This document shows positions 49,819 to 59,309 of a DNA stretch of 64,000 nucleotides, in pieces. The stretch covers positions 12,059-76,058 of the forward strand of contig CAIJZX010000012.1 in NCBI GenBank assembly GCA_903825245.1, read 5' to 3'. The notes beneath the pieces were generated by a model. That model had not been told where the DNA came from, did not search any database, and saw only the letters and a list, made by a program, of their open reading frames with translations. The position numbers and the translations under genes were made by a program. Positions within the stretch are counted from its first letter, which is position 1, and each line of letters starts with the position of its first letter. The stretch comes from Candidatus Kerfeldbacteria bacterium (GTDB taxonomy: Bacteria; Patescibacteriota; Patescibacteriia; SBBC01; CAIJZX01).

Positions 49819-50240
49819 TCATACGTTCCCTGTAATCCTTCGTTCAATTCCACTTCCGGTTTCCACTTCAACTGTTTTTTTGCTTCTTTCCACGACAATA
49901 CACTCTTCATCACCTCACCGGCCAACGCCAGTCGATGCTTGATCGCCGCTTTTATACCAGACACCTTAATCATCGCGCTCGCTAAACCATTAACGGATGT
50001 TTGTTTGGCGGTACCAATATTTATTTCACCGGTTACTTTATCATTTTTCATTGCCAGTAAATTAGCCCGTACAACGTCCGCTACGAAAACGAAATCCCGC
50101 GTCTGGCGTCCATGACCGTTTATCATCAAAGACTCGCCACAGAGCAATTTCTGGGCAAATATGGCCACTACACCGGCTTCCCCTTTCGGATCTTGCCGCG
50201 GAACAAGAATTCGTGCCATAGGATTATTGCATACCTCCAA
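49797..50240 (-). pseudogene. N-terminally truncated NAD-dependent epimerase (C-terminal substrate-binding half only)
   Basis: A 147-aa ORF that aligns only with the C-terminal ~140 aa of GalE/UXS-type epimerases (RDFVFVADV...KWKPEV...GL). No Rossmann domain, and there is no room upstream because the UXS-like gene ends at 50224. Confidence 0.45.
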
Positions 50241-51252
50241 ACATCTGCGAATTCACCGTCCGCGAGCCGCGCATATACTCAATCATCCGTTTTAATCCCT
50301 CGTCAAGCGGGACGACCGGAAACCACCCCAGCATTTCCCGCGCTTGGCGAACGCTCGGCGTGGCCTGTTTCGCATCATACGGCAACGGTAATTCCATCCG
50401 GATATCCGGTCGCGCACCAGTTAAGGCAATCACTTGCTCGGCAATATGCCCCACGGTTTGTTCTTCTGGATGACCAATATTCATCGGTCCAATTTCTTTC
50501 GAAGCCATCATCCTCGTTAATCCTTCCAGGGCATCGGTCACATAGCAGTATGTCGACACATCCTCTTTGCTTCCATGAATAGTAATTGGTTGATTCTGAA
50601 TCGCTGCTGAGATAAATTCCGGAATCATTCGGCCGTCATCAAGTCGCATACGTGGACCGTAGGTGTTAAAGAGACGAACAATTTTCGCATCAATACCGAA
50701 CCGTGTACGGTAAGCTACGGTTAACGCTTCCGCAAAGCGTTTCCCTTCCTGGTAGGGACTACGCACACCAATCGGATTAACATACCCGAAGTAATTTTCC
50801 GGAAACGGTGTTTTTTCTACCGGCTCACCGTAAATTGAACCACTCGACACCAACAACAATTTCGCGCTAAACTGTTTTGCCATATCAAGTGCATTTCGCG
50901 TACCATTTGCGTTCGCCAATAACGTCTCGACCGTTAGCCTGGTGTAGTCTTTTGGCGATGATGGCGAAGCGAGGTGATAAATTTCCTGAATACCCTGGAA
51001 TGGTACCTGAAAGGCGCGTAATTCTTTCAGCGTTGATAAATCAATCGTTTCTGAAAAATCATGACGAACGAATTCAAAATTCGGATTCGACAGCAAGTGG
51101 TGAATATTTTCCTCGCTGCCAGTGCTGAAATTATCAATACAAATTACTTTGTGACGTTGGACAAGTAAATCGCATAAATGTGAGCCTAAAAACCCAGCCC
51201 CACCCGTAACCACAATATTCTTTTTGTCGAACGCAGCGGATCTTTTAGCCAT
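50224..51252 (-). CDS. UDP-glucuronate decarboxylase-like SDR (UXS/ArnA-C family)
   Basis: NIVVTGGAGFLGSHLCD...ICIDNFSTG...LASPSSP...GKRFAEAL. The likely start is the ATG at 51252 (MAKRSAAF); the ORF-track start at 51285 is GTG. Confidence 0.75.
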   Translation of the reverse strand: MAKRSAAFDKKNIVVTGGAGFLGSHLCDLLVQRHKVICIDNFSTGSEENIHHLLSNPNFEFVRHDFSETIDLSTLKELRAFQVPFQGIQEIYHLASPSSPKDYTRLTVETLLANANGTRNALDMAKQFSAKLLLVSSGSIYGEPVEKTPFPENYFGYVNPIGVRSPYQEGKRFAEALTVAYRTRFGIDAKIVRLFNTYGPRMRLDDGRMIPEFISAAIQNQPITIHGSKEDVSTYCYVTDALEGLTRMMASKEIGPMNIGHPEEQTVGHIAEQVIALTGARPDIRMELPLPYDAKQATPSVRQAREMLGWFPVVPLDEGLKRMIEYMRGSRTVNSQMFGGMQ

Positions 51253-51284
51253 ATATGAATCTTTTTCATTCCCCGGCTTCGCCA

Positions 51285-51326
51285 CCCCTCCCGACTTCGG
51301 GAGGGGTTGTCCGGTTTCAGCCGGAC
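51285..51326. repeat. GC-rich tandem hairpins in the intergenic region (10-bp perfect stem cccctcccga/tcgggagggg, then 6-bp stem gtccgg/ccggac)
   Basis: Seen directly in the sequence. No U-tract on either strand, so this is not a canonical intrinsic terminator. Confidence 0.4.
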
Positions 51327-51341
51327 GGGGTGGGAAAGTGG

Positions 51342-52046
51342 TTAGAATTTATAATACCCTCGAAAGCGATTGTTAAAAATTTTTAAGAGGTCGAGTAAGG
51401 TTGTCAGGTACGCCGATGTTCGCACGGTACTTCGTTCATCGTTCGCCCATTGCACCGGCACCTCAATAATCGAACGTCCGGCCAGGCGAGCCAGGTACAA
51501 AATTTCAAAATCGTACCCCCATCTGTTTAGTCGTTGCTGTTCAAATAATGGAATCGTACGACGAGAGAACAACTTGAACCCACACTGCGTATCGGCAATA
51601 CCGGGCGCAATGAGAAGTTGAATGAGCCAATTCCCCGCTCGGCCGAGAAATTCCTTCCACCTTGCCTGGTGATGCGTTACTTCCGCGCCGGCAACGCGCC
51701 GAGAACCAAGAACAATATCAGCATCATGACGTCGTGCCCAGAGTTTTTCCATGTCACCGATCGGCGTGGAGAGATCGGCATCGCACAAGTACCGCCACTC
51801 GCCTTCGGCTGCCACCATCCCGGTGCGAACCGCCGCGCCTTTACCCATATTTTTTGGAAATTGAATGAGCCGGATCGGCATCGACGCCTGTCGAACAACG
51901 TCAGCGGTCGTATCGATTGATCCATCATCAACCACAATCACCTCGGTTACCCGACTGTCATCACGAAGATAGTCGGCAATAACTGACAATGTCTTCGGTA
52001 ACCGCTTGGCCTCGTTAAAGGCCGGAATGACAATCGATAAATCCAT
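51342..52046 (-). CDS. GT2 polyprenol-phosphate glycosyltransferase (DPM1/GtrB-like), second copy
   Basis: LSIVIPAFNEAKRL...VIVVDDGSIDTT...NMGKGAAVRTG. Confidence 0.8.
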   Translation of the reverse strand: MDLSIVIPAFNEAKRLPKTLSVIADYLRDDSRVTEVIVVDDGSIDTTADVVRQASMPIRLIQFPKNMGKGAAVRTGMVAAEGEWRYLCDADLSTPIGDMEKLWARRHDADIVLGSRRVAGAEVTHHQARWKEFLGRAGNWLIQLLIAPGIADTQCGFKLFSRRTIPLFEQQRLNRWGYDFEILYLARLAGRSIIEVPVQWANDERSTVRTSAYLTTLLDLLKIFNNRFRGYYKF

Positions 52047-52116
52047 AAGATAACAGAAATACTATACTAAAAAACTGCGGTTCTTGCAAGTCGGCTTTTC
52101 TGTCATTACTGGCATA

Positions 52117-52548
52117 TTATCCGGGTAATCCCTGTGGTGGTCGACGAAAAGCCCAAAATCGAATACCAGCAAAATTCCAAAAAAGCACAATGACCACCGC
52201 CGCCGCCTTCGCGAGAAGTAATTGCAGGCCAAATCGATGCACAAACATCCACAATAAAGCATCGCTGAGAACCAGACCGATAATATTAACGATAAAAAAC
52301 TTCACTGTCTCGGCGCGCCAATTCTTATTATCACTGCTAAACGTCCACCGTCTATTCATCAAGTAACTATTCGTCACCGCAATACTAAATGATAATGTAT
52401 TCGCTAAAATTTCTGGTATATGTAACAGATAATGAAATGCCGATAGCAAAGCAATATCAATACCCGTATTCAACATGCCCACAATACCAAACTTTATAAA
52501 TTGACGAACTATCGGTCGACGAAGTAGTACGGCTATTTTTTGTGCCAT
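52117..52548 (-). CDS. GtrA-family small membrane protein (lipid-linked sugar translocase-like)
   Basis: RQFIKFGIVGMLNTGIDIALLSAF...NRRWTF is the GtrA signature. Start at ATG 52548 (MAQKIAV). Confidence 0.7.
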   Translation of the reverse strand: MAQKIAVLLRRPIVRQFIKFGIVGMLNTGIDIALLSAFHYLLHIPEILANTLSFSIAVTNSYLMNRRWTFSSDNKNWRAETVKFFIVNIIGLVLSDALLWMFVHRFGLQLLLAKAAAVVIVLFWNFAGIRFWAFRRPPQGLPG

Positions 52549-52549
52549 A

Positions 52550-54979
52550 TCAGTTGAGAAGAATTCCGAGTGATTGCATTGTTGTACCAGATACTGTGAG
52601 GCGCTGAAGCAAGGTTCCGGTTGGTGACCACGACCGAATATTTGTAGCACCGTGCTGGAGACTAGTCAGTAACTCCACTTTCCCATCACCGGTCAAATCA
52701 ATGACTTGGAGATCAATAGCGGAGGACGTTGAAAAACCTGATACCTTCAAGGACCGAATTTCGTGACCCGTCCCTGACAATACCAAGATCTTGTGCGTAC
52801 TCGCGCTAATATTCGGCGTGGCCAGTATTTCCGCCGTTCCATCGCCATCAATATCACCGACTGCGATATTCCAACCTTGCGTAAATGTAGCACCACGCGG
52901 CTGGAAACTTGCAAGACGTTGGCGCTGGGTCGAATAGATAGCGATTGACGGACCGGTTACTTCGGACACAATGAGTTCGGCCTGACCATCACCATTCACA
53001 TCACCAACGGCGACATGAACACCACCATGATAATGAGCAAAGGGAAGATTCGTGCCCAATTTTCTTCCGTCCGCCGTATACCAAGCAATGGAGGCGCCCG
53101 ATGAAGCCATCGCCGCCACAATCAACGATGTGCCATCCGTTTGCGGCACCGTTACCGCGTTTATACCACCTGCATACGACAATCCAAAAGGCAGAAACTT
53201 TTTTACTATCCGTCCGCTCGTATCGGCTAAGGATAACCATGAGCCAGCATTCGCTTGACTGAGGAGCACGTAGTTTCGTTGACCAGCTACTAAGACGCCA
53301 CCCATAATATTAGTAATCACAGTCGTCGACGAAAGATTGAGTGTTTTCGTCATAACCAATTTTGGCGATACCAACTGTATTGTTGAGCCGCTGCTATGCA
53401 AGATCGTCGGCGGTTGATAACGATATGCCGTTGTACTAGCGATCGAAACTCGACCCAACACATCGATAGCCGACACTGATAGGGTGTAGTTGCCCGGCGA
53501 TGTAATTGTCGGAACGTATGAACTCCCGGTCTGATTGACCGTCGTTACCACTGTTGTATCTTTGCTCCACGTAATTGCATAGGATATAACTCCCGCATCA
53601 CCCTGCCAGGTGAACTGTGGATGCGTGTATGGTTGATTCCAATTATTTTGCAAGGCAACAGTTGATAGCGTCGAGGAAAAAGTGTGTATCGCGCTGACTG
53701 GCGAAGGTGCAGTCGATTGACAAGCTACGTGCATTGCTAGCGCGGCATCGACCTCACCATAGCCAAATCGTGGGTCCGGACCGACTACGCCTAAATCATC
53801 TGCAGTCGAAGTTAGCACCGCCTTGATAGAGTTTCCGGCAATACCACACGATTCGAGTAGCGCTGCAACGGCGCTGACATGCGCCGCCGCTTGCGAGGTG
53901 CCGACATAAAACATAGCAGAAAAACTGGTTAACGTTTTATCCGTCCAGGTTTGTGCCAAGATGCCGTCTGGTTGGCCATCATGATTCTGATCAACATCCA
54001 TATTACCGCCCGGCGCCACCAAGTCTAACCGACTACCATAATTAGAATACGGCGCCAACGTTTCATCATATTGCACCGCGCCGACACTAATCACTTCCGG
54101 ATAGCTCGCCGGATACGTCACCGTTCCGACACCACTATTGCCGGCGGCACCAATGACAACGACGCCGTGAGCCACGGCATTTTGAATCGCCTGGTGAAAA
54201 ATCGTATCATCATTGTCCCCGCCGAGACTGAGGTTGATAATATTTGCGCCATGAGCAACAGCATAATCAACCGCCGCCGTTAGGGAAACGGTCGTACCAT
54301 CACCGTTCGTGTCTAAAACTTTCAACGGCATAATCGTTACATTACTGGCAATACCTGCGGCGGCGATACCATTGTTCAAACCGGCCGCGATAATATTGGC
54401 GATGTGCGTTCCGTGACCATTGTCATCGGCTGGTCGTGGCGTTGAATTGATAAAATTCCAACCATGAACATCATCAATGTACCCGTCGTGGTCATTATCA
54501 ATGCCGTCACCAGGAATTTCTGCTGTGTTTTTCCAGATCGACGATGAACTCAAATCAGGAACTGACTGTGCGCTCCCCGTTTCGGTCATCGCCACACCCG
54601 TATCAAGTACTGCCACCACAATTTTTGGATCACCGCCGTAGAGCGGTGGCGTTTGATCAATGTCCCACGCCGTCGGTACATGCATGGTTTGCAAATCCCA
54701 CTGAAGCGAATATTGCGGATCATTCGGCACAAACAGCGAATGATAGTGAATATTTAACTGCACCGATTTCCGTTCAGCCGCCGATAAATCTCCAGCCGCC
54801 GCAAGTGAAGAAAGTATGCGAATTCCTTCGGCGCTCGAATTGTTTTGACCAAATTGGTGGAACGATGGCGTTTTTGCGGCCGGATCAGATCGATAGATAT
54901 ATTGCGAAGAAGCAAAAACAACTTGGCTCATGCCTAACCCAGCAATAACTGCGGCTACCAACGACCATCGCCGGCTCAT
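52550..54979 (-). CDS. Secreted S8 subtilisin-like serine peptidase with C-terminal FG-GAP/integrin-alpha-type repeats
   Basis: Signal peptide. Catalytic triad blocks VAVLDTGV (D), HGTHIANIIAAG (H) and GTSQAAAHVSAVAALL (S). C-terminal repeats GDVNGDGQAELIV, GDIDGDGTAEILA and IDLTGDGKVELL. Confidence 0.85.
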   Translation of the reverse strand: MSRRWSLVAAVIAGLGMSQVVFASSQYIYRSDPAAKTPSFHQFGQNNSSAEGIRILSSLAAAGDLSAAERKSVQLNIHYHSLFVPNDPQYSLQWDLQTMHVPTAWDIDQTPPLYGGDPKIVVAVLDTGVAMTETGSAQSVPDLSSSSIWKNTAEIPGDGIDNDHDGYIDDVHGWNFINSTPRPADDNGHGTHIANIIAAGLNNGIAAAGIASNVTIMPLKVLDTNGDGTTVSLTAAVDYAVAHGANIINLSLGGDNDDTIFHQAIQNAVAHGVVVIGAAGNSGVGTVTYPASYPEVISVGAVQYDETLAPYSNYGSRLDLVAPGGNMDVDQNHDGQPDGILAQTWTDKTLTSFSAMFYVGTSQAAAHVSAVAALLESCGIAGNSIKAVLTSTADDLGVVGPDPRFGYGEVDAALAMHVACQSTAPSPVSAIHTFSSTLSTVALQNNWNQPYTHPQFTWQGDAGVISYAITWSKDTTVVTTVNQTGSSYVPTITSPGNYTLSVSAIDVLGRVSIASTTAYRYQPPTILHSSGSTIQLVSPKLVMTKTLNLSSTTVITNIMGGVLVAGQRNYVLLSQANAGSWLSLADTSGRIVKKFLPFGLSYAGGINAVTVPQTDGTSLIVAAMASSGASIAWYTADGRKLGTNLPFAHYHGGVHVAVGDVNGDGQAELIVSEVTGPSIAIYSTQRQRLASFQPRGATFTQGWNIAVGDIDGDGTAEILATPNISASTHKILVLSGTGHEIRSLKVSGFSTSSAIDLQVIDLTGDGKVELLTSLQHGATNIRSWSPTGTLLQRLTVSGTTMQSLGILLN

Positions 54980-56127
54980 AAACCGGACGTGCCCAGCTTC
55001 GCGGTCAATTCTTTAGTCGTTCCCTGACGAAGGATGCCTATTTTCAATGCATCACCAGGTTGGTACTTCGACACAAGTGAAAAAATATCCGCCGTCACTG
55101 CTTGCCCGTCAAGCTCAGTAATGATATCGCCCGATTGCACTCCGGCCTTATCTGCTGGACCTTTGGCGACAACGGCCGTTTGCCCTGTTTCCGCGCCAAC
55201 CAGTAAGCCCGTCGCGTTCGGATCACTCATACTCGTCGCGGCCGAAAGGTTCAAGGCGCTAATGCCAAGCGTCGGCCGGTGAATCGCTCCCGTTTGCACG
55301 ACTTGTTTGACTGCATCGGCAATCGATGTAATTGGCCACACTCGGCTCTCAGAACCTACAATACCAACTAGTTTTCCGTCGACATCGACCACGGCTGAAC
55401 CAACTGGCACAGTGACGGTTGCATCCAAACTCCAGGTCGTACTATAGTGATCACTCGACTGCCATCGCGGCGATTGCGCACTGACCAGTTGCCGAGAGAA
55501 AGCGGTTGTTGTGGTTACGATCCAAACCCGCTGACCAGCCTTCAATTCAGATGAGACTAACGATACCGGATTTGCCGAGATATCTGAGGTTTTTAAAAAA
55601 ACAAATGGCGTAGCCGGATCAACCACTGTTGCAGTTACCGCCTGTGGCTGACCAACAAGTGGAACGACGACAACACTTTTCACATCCGTCGGCCAAGCGC
55701 CGCTCAGCGACACCAACCAACCAGCACTATTCAGTGGCCAAGCAAAACCGCTAATATCACTGGACGCATAAATTCCTTTCGCTCCCAGGTTCTGTGCAAG
55801 ACCATACCCAGCATTTACAAAGGCTTGTACGCCGGTGGGAATTGCCACTGGGATGTCTTTTGTTTGCTGGATAACCGTCGTTGTGGTCATGGTGGAAAAC
55901 GGTGCAAATCTCGCTAGCCACGAATCCGGATATCGATGTACCGCCCAACCGAGGCCAGTGACAATCACCACGCTCATCGCTAACGATAGCACAACAACAA
56001 TGAGCGCCATTTTTCCCCACGGCGTTCGGGCTGGTTGCTGCATCTGCCCTTCTTCAGCCCACACTTTCGCCATCGCGTCTTGAGTGGTTCGTGCTTTTGG
56101 AGATGTTGGTGAGGTTCGTGGTTGCAT
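54976..56127 (-). CDS. Membrane-anchored trypsin-like serine protease with PDZ domain (HtrA/DegP-like)
   Basis: TM anchor, S1 fold region (DVDGKLVGIVGSE) and a C-terminal PDZ (GVQSGDIITELDGQAV...GDALKIGILRQGT). Start at ATG 56127 (MQPRT). Confidence 0.75.
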   Translation of the reverse strand: MQPRTSPTSPKARTTQDAMAKVWAEEGQMQQPARTPWGKMALIVVVLSLAMSVVIVTGLGWAVHRYPDSWLARFAPFSTMTTTTVIQQTKDIPVAIPTGVQAFVNAGYGLAQNLGAKGIYASSDISGFAWPLNSAGWLVSLSGAWPTDVKSVVVVPLVGQPQAVTATVVDPATPFVFLKTSDISANPVSLVSSELKAGQRVWIVTTTTAFSRQLVSAQSPRWQSSDHYSTTWSLDATVTVPVGSAVVDVDGKLVGIVGSESRVWPITSIADAVKQVVQTGAIHRPTLGISALNLSAATSMSDPNATGLLVGAETGQTAVVAKGPADKAGVQSGDIITELDGQAVTADIFSLVSKYQPGDALKIGILRQGTTKELTAKLGTSGL

Positions 56128-56135
56128 AATTATAG

Positions 56136-56936
56136 TTATATCCAACGTGCAGTAAGAAGTAAAATGGCAGTGATAACAATGCCAACTACCAAGTACCGCC
56201 GCGAACGTCCCGGCTCCCAATACCCTTTCCACAAATGACGACTCGCTTGAATAAGCAGCGCCATGATTGTCGTGGCGATTGCACTACCAACCAAAATTGA
56301 CGTCGGCAACCACCAGGTAACGATATATAGTTCCGCACCAAACCAGGCCATCACCAATAATCCAATTCTAAAAACACGAAAAGCAATCCCCGACTCTAAC
56401 CATACTAATAACGCGGCTAAGGCGGATATCATCGATGCCGCGAGTACCATCCACACCAACTGTAAATTAAGATAAATTGAAGCACTGATTAAGCTGTACC
56501 AAAACAACCACAGCAACACCGCCGTTACCATAGCCATTGTCCGGCCGCGTAAATCATCATGAATCCGTAACCGTTGTAAACCAACGAGCCATAGCAGAAC
56601 GACACTCAGAGCGGCAATGGCGTGTTGCGGCCACGGACCAGGAACAAAGACGATACCGCCAAGTGTAGCGATAATGATGAGTGAACTGGCTAGGGCGGCT
56701 ACATTCGTCGACCATCCGCGTCGCCATTGAAGAAACGATACGATAAATAACAGTACCGCGATACCCGCGGCAATATACAAACCAACGATGTGATCGCGGA
56801 TAGCCAATTCCAAGGCGGTAAACCAAATCACAACCTCGACGATCATCGTCCAGGGAATCACCACCGTATTTTTTTCCAGCGGTGTTTGCTCAATATCCAT
56901 AGGCGGAAGCATAGCAAAAAAACCGACGTTCGGCAA
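56136..56936 (-). CDS. Hypothetical polytopic membrane protein (7-8 TM)
   Basis: Hydrophobic profile. It heads the minus-strand protease/glycan operon. Confidence 0.45.
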   Translation of the reverse strand: MPNVGFFAMLPPMDIEQTPLEKNTVVIPWTMIVEVVIWFTALELAIRDHIVGLYIAAGIAVLLFIVSFLQWRRGWSTNVAALASSLIIIATLGGIVFVPGPWPQHAIAALSVVLLWLVGLQRLRIHDDLRGRTMAMVTAVLLWLFWYSLISASIYLNLQLVWMVLAASMISALAALLVWLESGIAFRVFRIGLLVMAWFGAELYIVTWWLPTSILVGSAIATTIMALLIQASRHLWKGYWEPGRSRRYLVVGIVITAILLLTARWI

Positions 56937-57218
56937 TCGGGTTCACCCAAAGATCGAAGGGCCAGCGGAGCCAACGGATACATGAGCTCACTGAGCAATG
57001 AACACCTGGTGAGGATGTTGTAATCATTACTCGGGAGTTCCCATAATGGTTTTGGTACCCGGGACGCTGATTCTTCGATCTCTGAGTAAATTGTTATGGT
57101 ACAAGAAACTACCTGTGCCCGCAAAATGCGTCAGGCATGTGAGAAAAAATGTACTACTGCAAGTGTAACCTCTTACCTGGGACGCGTCAAGCTGATTTGT
57201 ACACAGGAAACGCTTTTT

Positions 57219-58097
57219 TCACGACGCTATATATAGCCTTCCGTTTCGTTCAACAACCAATCCTTCGACCACAAGCAGATCCATGAGTCGCACAACGCGT
57301 TTTTTATCCACTACCTTCATTCGTTGTAAAGATGCAATTAATGCCATTCGCGGTACTGAACCTTGCTCTATGACATGTTTGATAATCTGACCACGTAAGT
57401 ATCGGTCACTATCCTGAAATTTTACTGAAGATACTTTCTTCATCCGGTTTTGATCGAGAATGGCCGGATACGCTCGGCAATAATTTTTCATCGGACACGT
57501 TTTACATTTCGGACTTCTGCTCGTGCATACGGCCGAACCAAAATCCATTAGTGCCGCATTCCAATCAGAACTTTTTCCACGTGGCAAAATATGTTCTACA
57601 ACTTCATCAAGTTCAGATTGTTCCGTTGCACGTATACCAAAAAATATCCGCGACATGACACGACGAACGTTCGTATCGATAACAGCTGTATCAACGTTAT
57701 AGGAGAAACTGGCCACTGCGCGGGCGGTGTATGGACCGAAACCGGGCAACGACTCTAATTCAGCAATATCGCGCGGCCACTTACCACCAAATCGTTCCAT
57801 CACCGCCCGCGCCGAATCACGCAATCGCTTCGCTCGCGAATTATAACCAAGTCCTGACCAAAGTTTCAATACATCATGGAGTGGCGCTTCCGCCAAAGAT
57901 TTCGTCGTCGGCCACGCCTGTCGCCAGGCGAGATATTTCGGCTTGACGCGATCCACTTGCGTTTGCTGGAGCATAACTTCAGACACGGCAATCAAATACG
58001 GATCGTGTGTTCGTCGCCAAGGCAAATCACGACGGTTATTTCCAAACCACCGTAACAGCGTTGAGCACACACGTCGCGTTGTCGGCTTCGTTTTCAC
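57219..58097 (-). CDS. mutY: A/G-specific adenine DNA glycosylase MutY-like (HhH-GPD plus 4Fe-4S), with a short atypical C-terminal domain
   Basis: LPWRRTHDPYLIAVSEVMLQQTQV, LPGFGPYTARAV (HhH) and C-X6-C-X2-C-X5-C (CTSRSPKCKTCPMKNYC). Only ~85 aa lie after the cluster, where MutY normally has ~130 aa of Nudix-like domain. Confidence 0.7.
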   Translation of the reverse strand: MKTKPTTRRVCSTLLRWFGNNRRDLPWRRTHDPYLIAVSEVMLQQTQVDRVKPKYLAWRQAWPTTKSLAEAPLHDVLKLWSGLGYNSRAKRLRDSARAVMERFGGKWPRDIAELESLPGFGPYTARAVASFSYNVDTAVIDTNVRRVMSRIFFGIRATEQSELDEVVEHILPRGKSSDWNAALMDFGSAVCTSRSPKCKTCPMKNYCRAYPAILDQNRMKKVSSVKFQDSDRYLRGQIIKHVIEQGSVPRMALIASLQRMKVVDKKRVVRLMDLLVVEGLVVERNGRLYIAS

Positions 58098-58103
58098 GCG
58101 TCG

Positions 58104-59309
58104 TTACTTCCCGAGAATCGCATTGAGGATCTTCATCCGCGTCACAAAGATCGCCGGTATTAAACCGGATATCAGCGCCACTAACATAATCGCTTCCGCG
58201 CGTAAAATGTAGTCGGTTGGATTGATGACGAGCACCGCATCACAAATCGGTAAGACGAACGGATGAATTTGGAAGTATGGTACGATAATGCCGAAGAATA
58301 ACGCAGTTCCAACCAAGACACCGGCAAATGAATAGACCGCCGATTGTAAGACGTAGGCCATGCGGATAATCCACGGCTTTATTCCTATTGCACGGAGAAT
58401 ACCGATTTGTCGCTTCTTATTCGTGATGTCGATATAAATGACGATAAAAATGGTAATGGCCGCGATTAAAATTCCGACGAAGGAAATAATGACATTGATG
58501 CTTAAGAAGCTCTTCGTAACAGATTTAATTAGTCCAGCCGCATCATGCCAGGTATCAAACGTACCTTGCACACCATTAGCTTTCAAGGCGGCAATCGTCG
58601 CGTCTTCACGCCCGGTTTTATTGATCCGCACCAATATGGACGTAGCCTTATCGGTCAAGGTCGGCGCCAATTCTTTCAACGCCGCTTCGGACACAAAGAT
58701 ACGCGAATCGGCATTGACGAACTTTGTATTAAAAATACCACGAATAGTAAAGGTCTTCGTGCCGGTCGGCATAATCAGTTCCAACGTTTCACCAACGTGC
58801 GCACCTTTGAATGATGTGGAGTTCAGCTCCACGTCCGGTCCGCCGGCAACCTGAATGCCAATCATCACACCGTCGGTATCATTTGCGCTCAGGTACTTTC
58901 CCTCAATCATGTGTGTCGAAATATCCGACACCGTTTTTTCATCATTCGGATTGATCGCGAGTATTGGCCGACTGAGGTGAAGCGTCTTGTAGTGCAATGT
59001 CGCAGATACTTGTGTTTGAGCACTCGCACCAACAACGTTTGTCGTTCGTCGGATTGTTGCCACCACATTACTAGCGTTGCCAATATAATCCTGATTCGTT
59101 AGCGGATTTACAATAACGTGGCCGGTCAACGCATTAATGATTTGATTATTACTGCCGTCGACAATACCGTTGAACAACGACGTGATGAACACTAAATTAA
59201 TGAAGGCAATCGCCATCAGAAAAATCGTTAAACTCAATGTCCACTTGTTACTGCGCGTGATGAAGCGCCAGATAAGGAAGAACGGGATTTTCAGTTCATT
59301 CCGCTTCAT
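58104..59309 (-). CDS. ABC transporter permease, FtsX/MacB/LolC family
   Basis: 401 aa: N-terminal TM, large extracytoplasmic domain, then 3 C-terminal TM, which is the FtsX-like arrangement. Confidence 0.8.
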   Translation of the reverse strand: MKRNELKIPFFLIWRFITRSNKWTLSLTIFLMAIAFINLVFITSLFNGIVDGSNNQIINALTGHVIVNPLTNQDYIGNASNVVATIRRTTNVVGASAQTQVSATLHYKTLHLSRPILAINPNDEKTVSDISTHMIEGKYLSANDTDGVMIGIQVAGGPDVELNSTSFKGAHVGETLELIMPTGTKTFTIRGIFNTKFVNADSRIFVSEAALKELAPTLTDKATSILVRINKTGREDATIAALKANGVQGTFDTWHDAAGLIKSVTKSFLSINVIISFVGILIAAITIFIVIYIDITNKKRQIGILRAIGIKPWIIRMAYVLQSAVYSFAGVLVGTALFFGIIVPYFQIHPFVLPICDAVLVINPTDYILRAEAIMLVALISGLIPAIFVTRMKILNAILGK

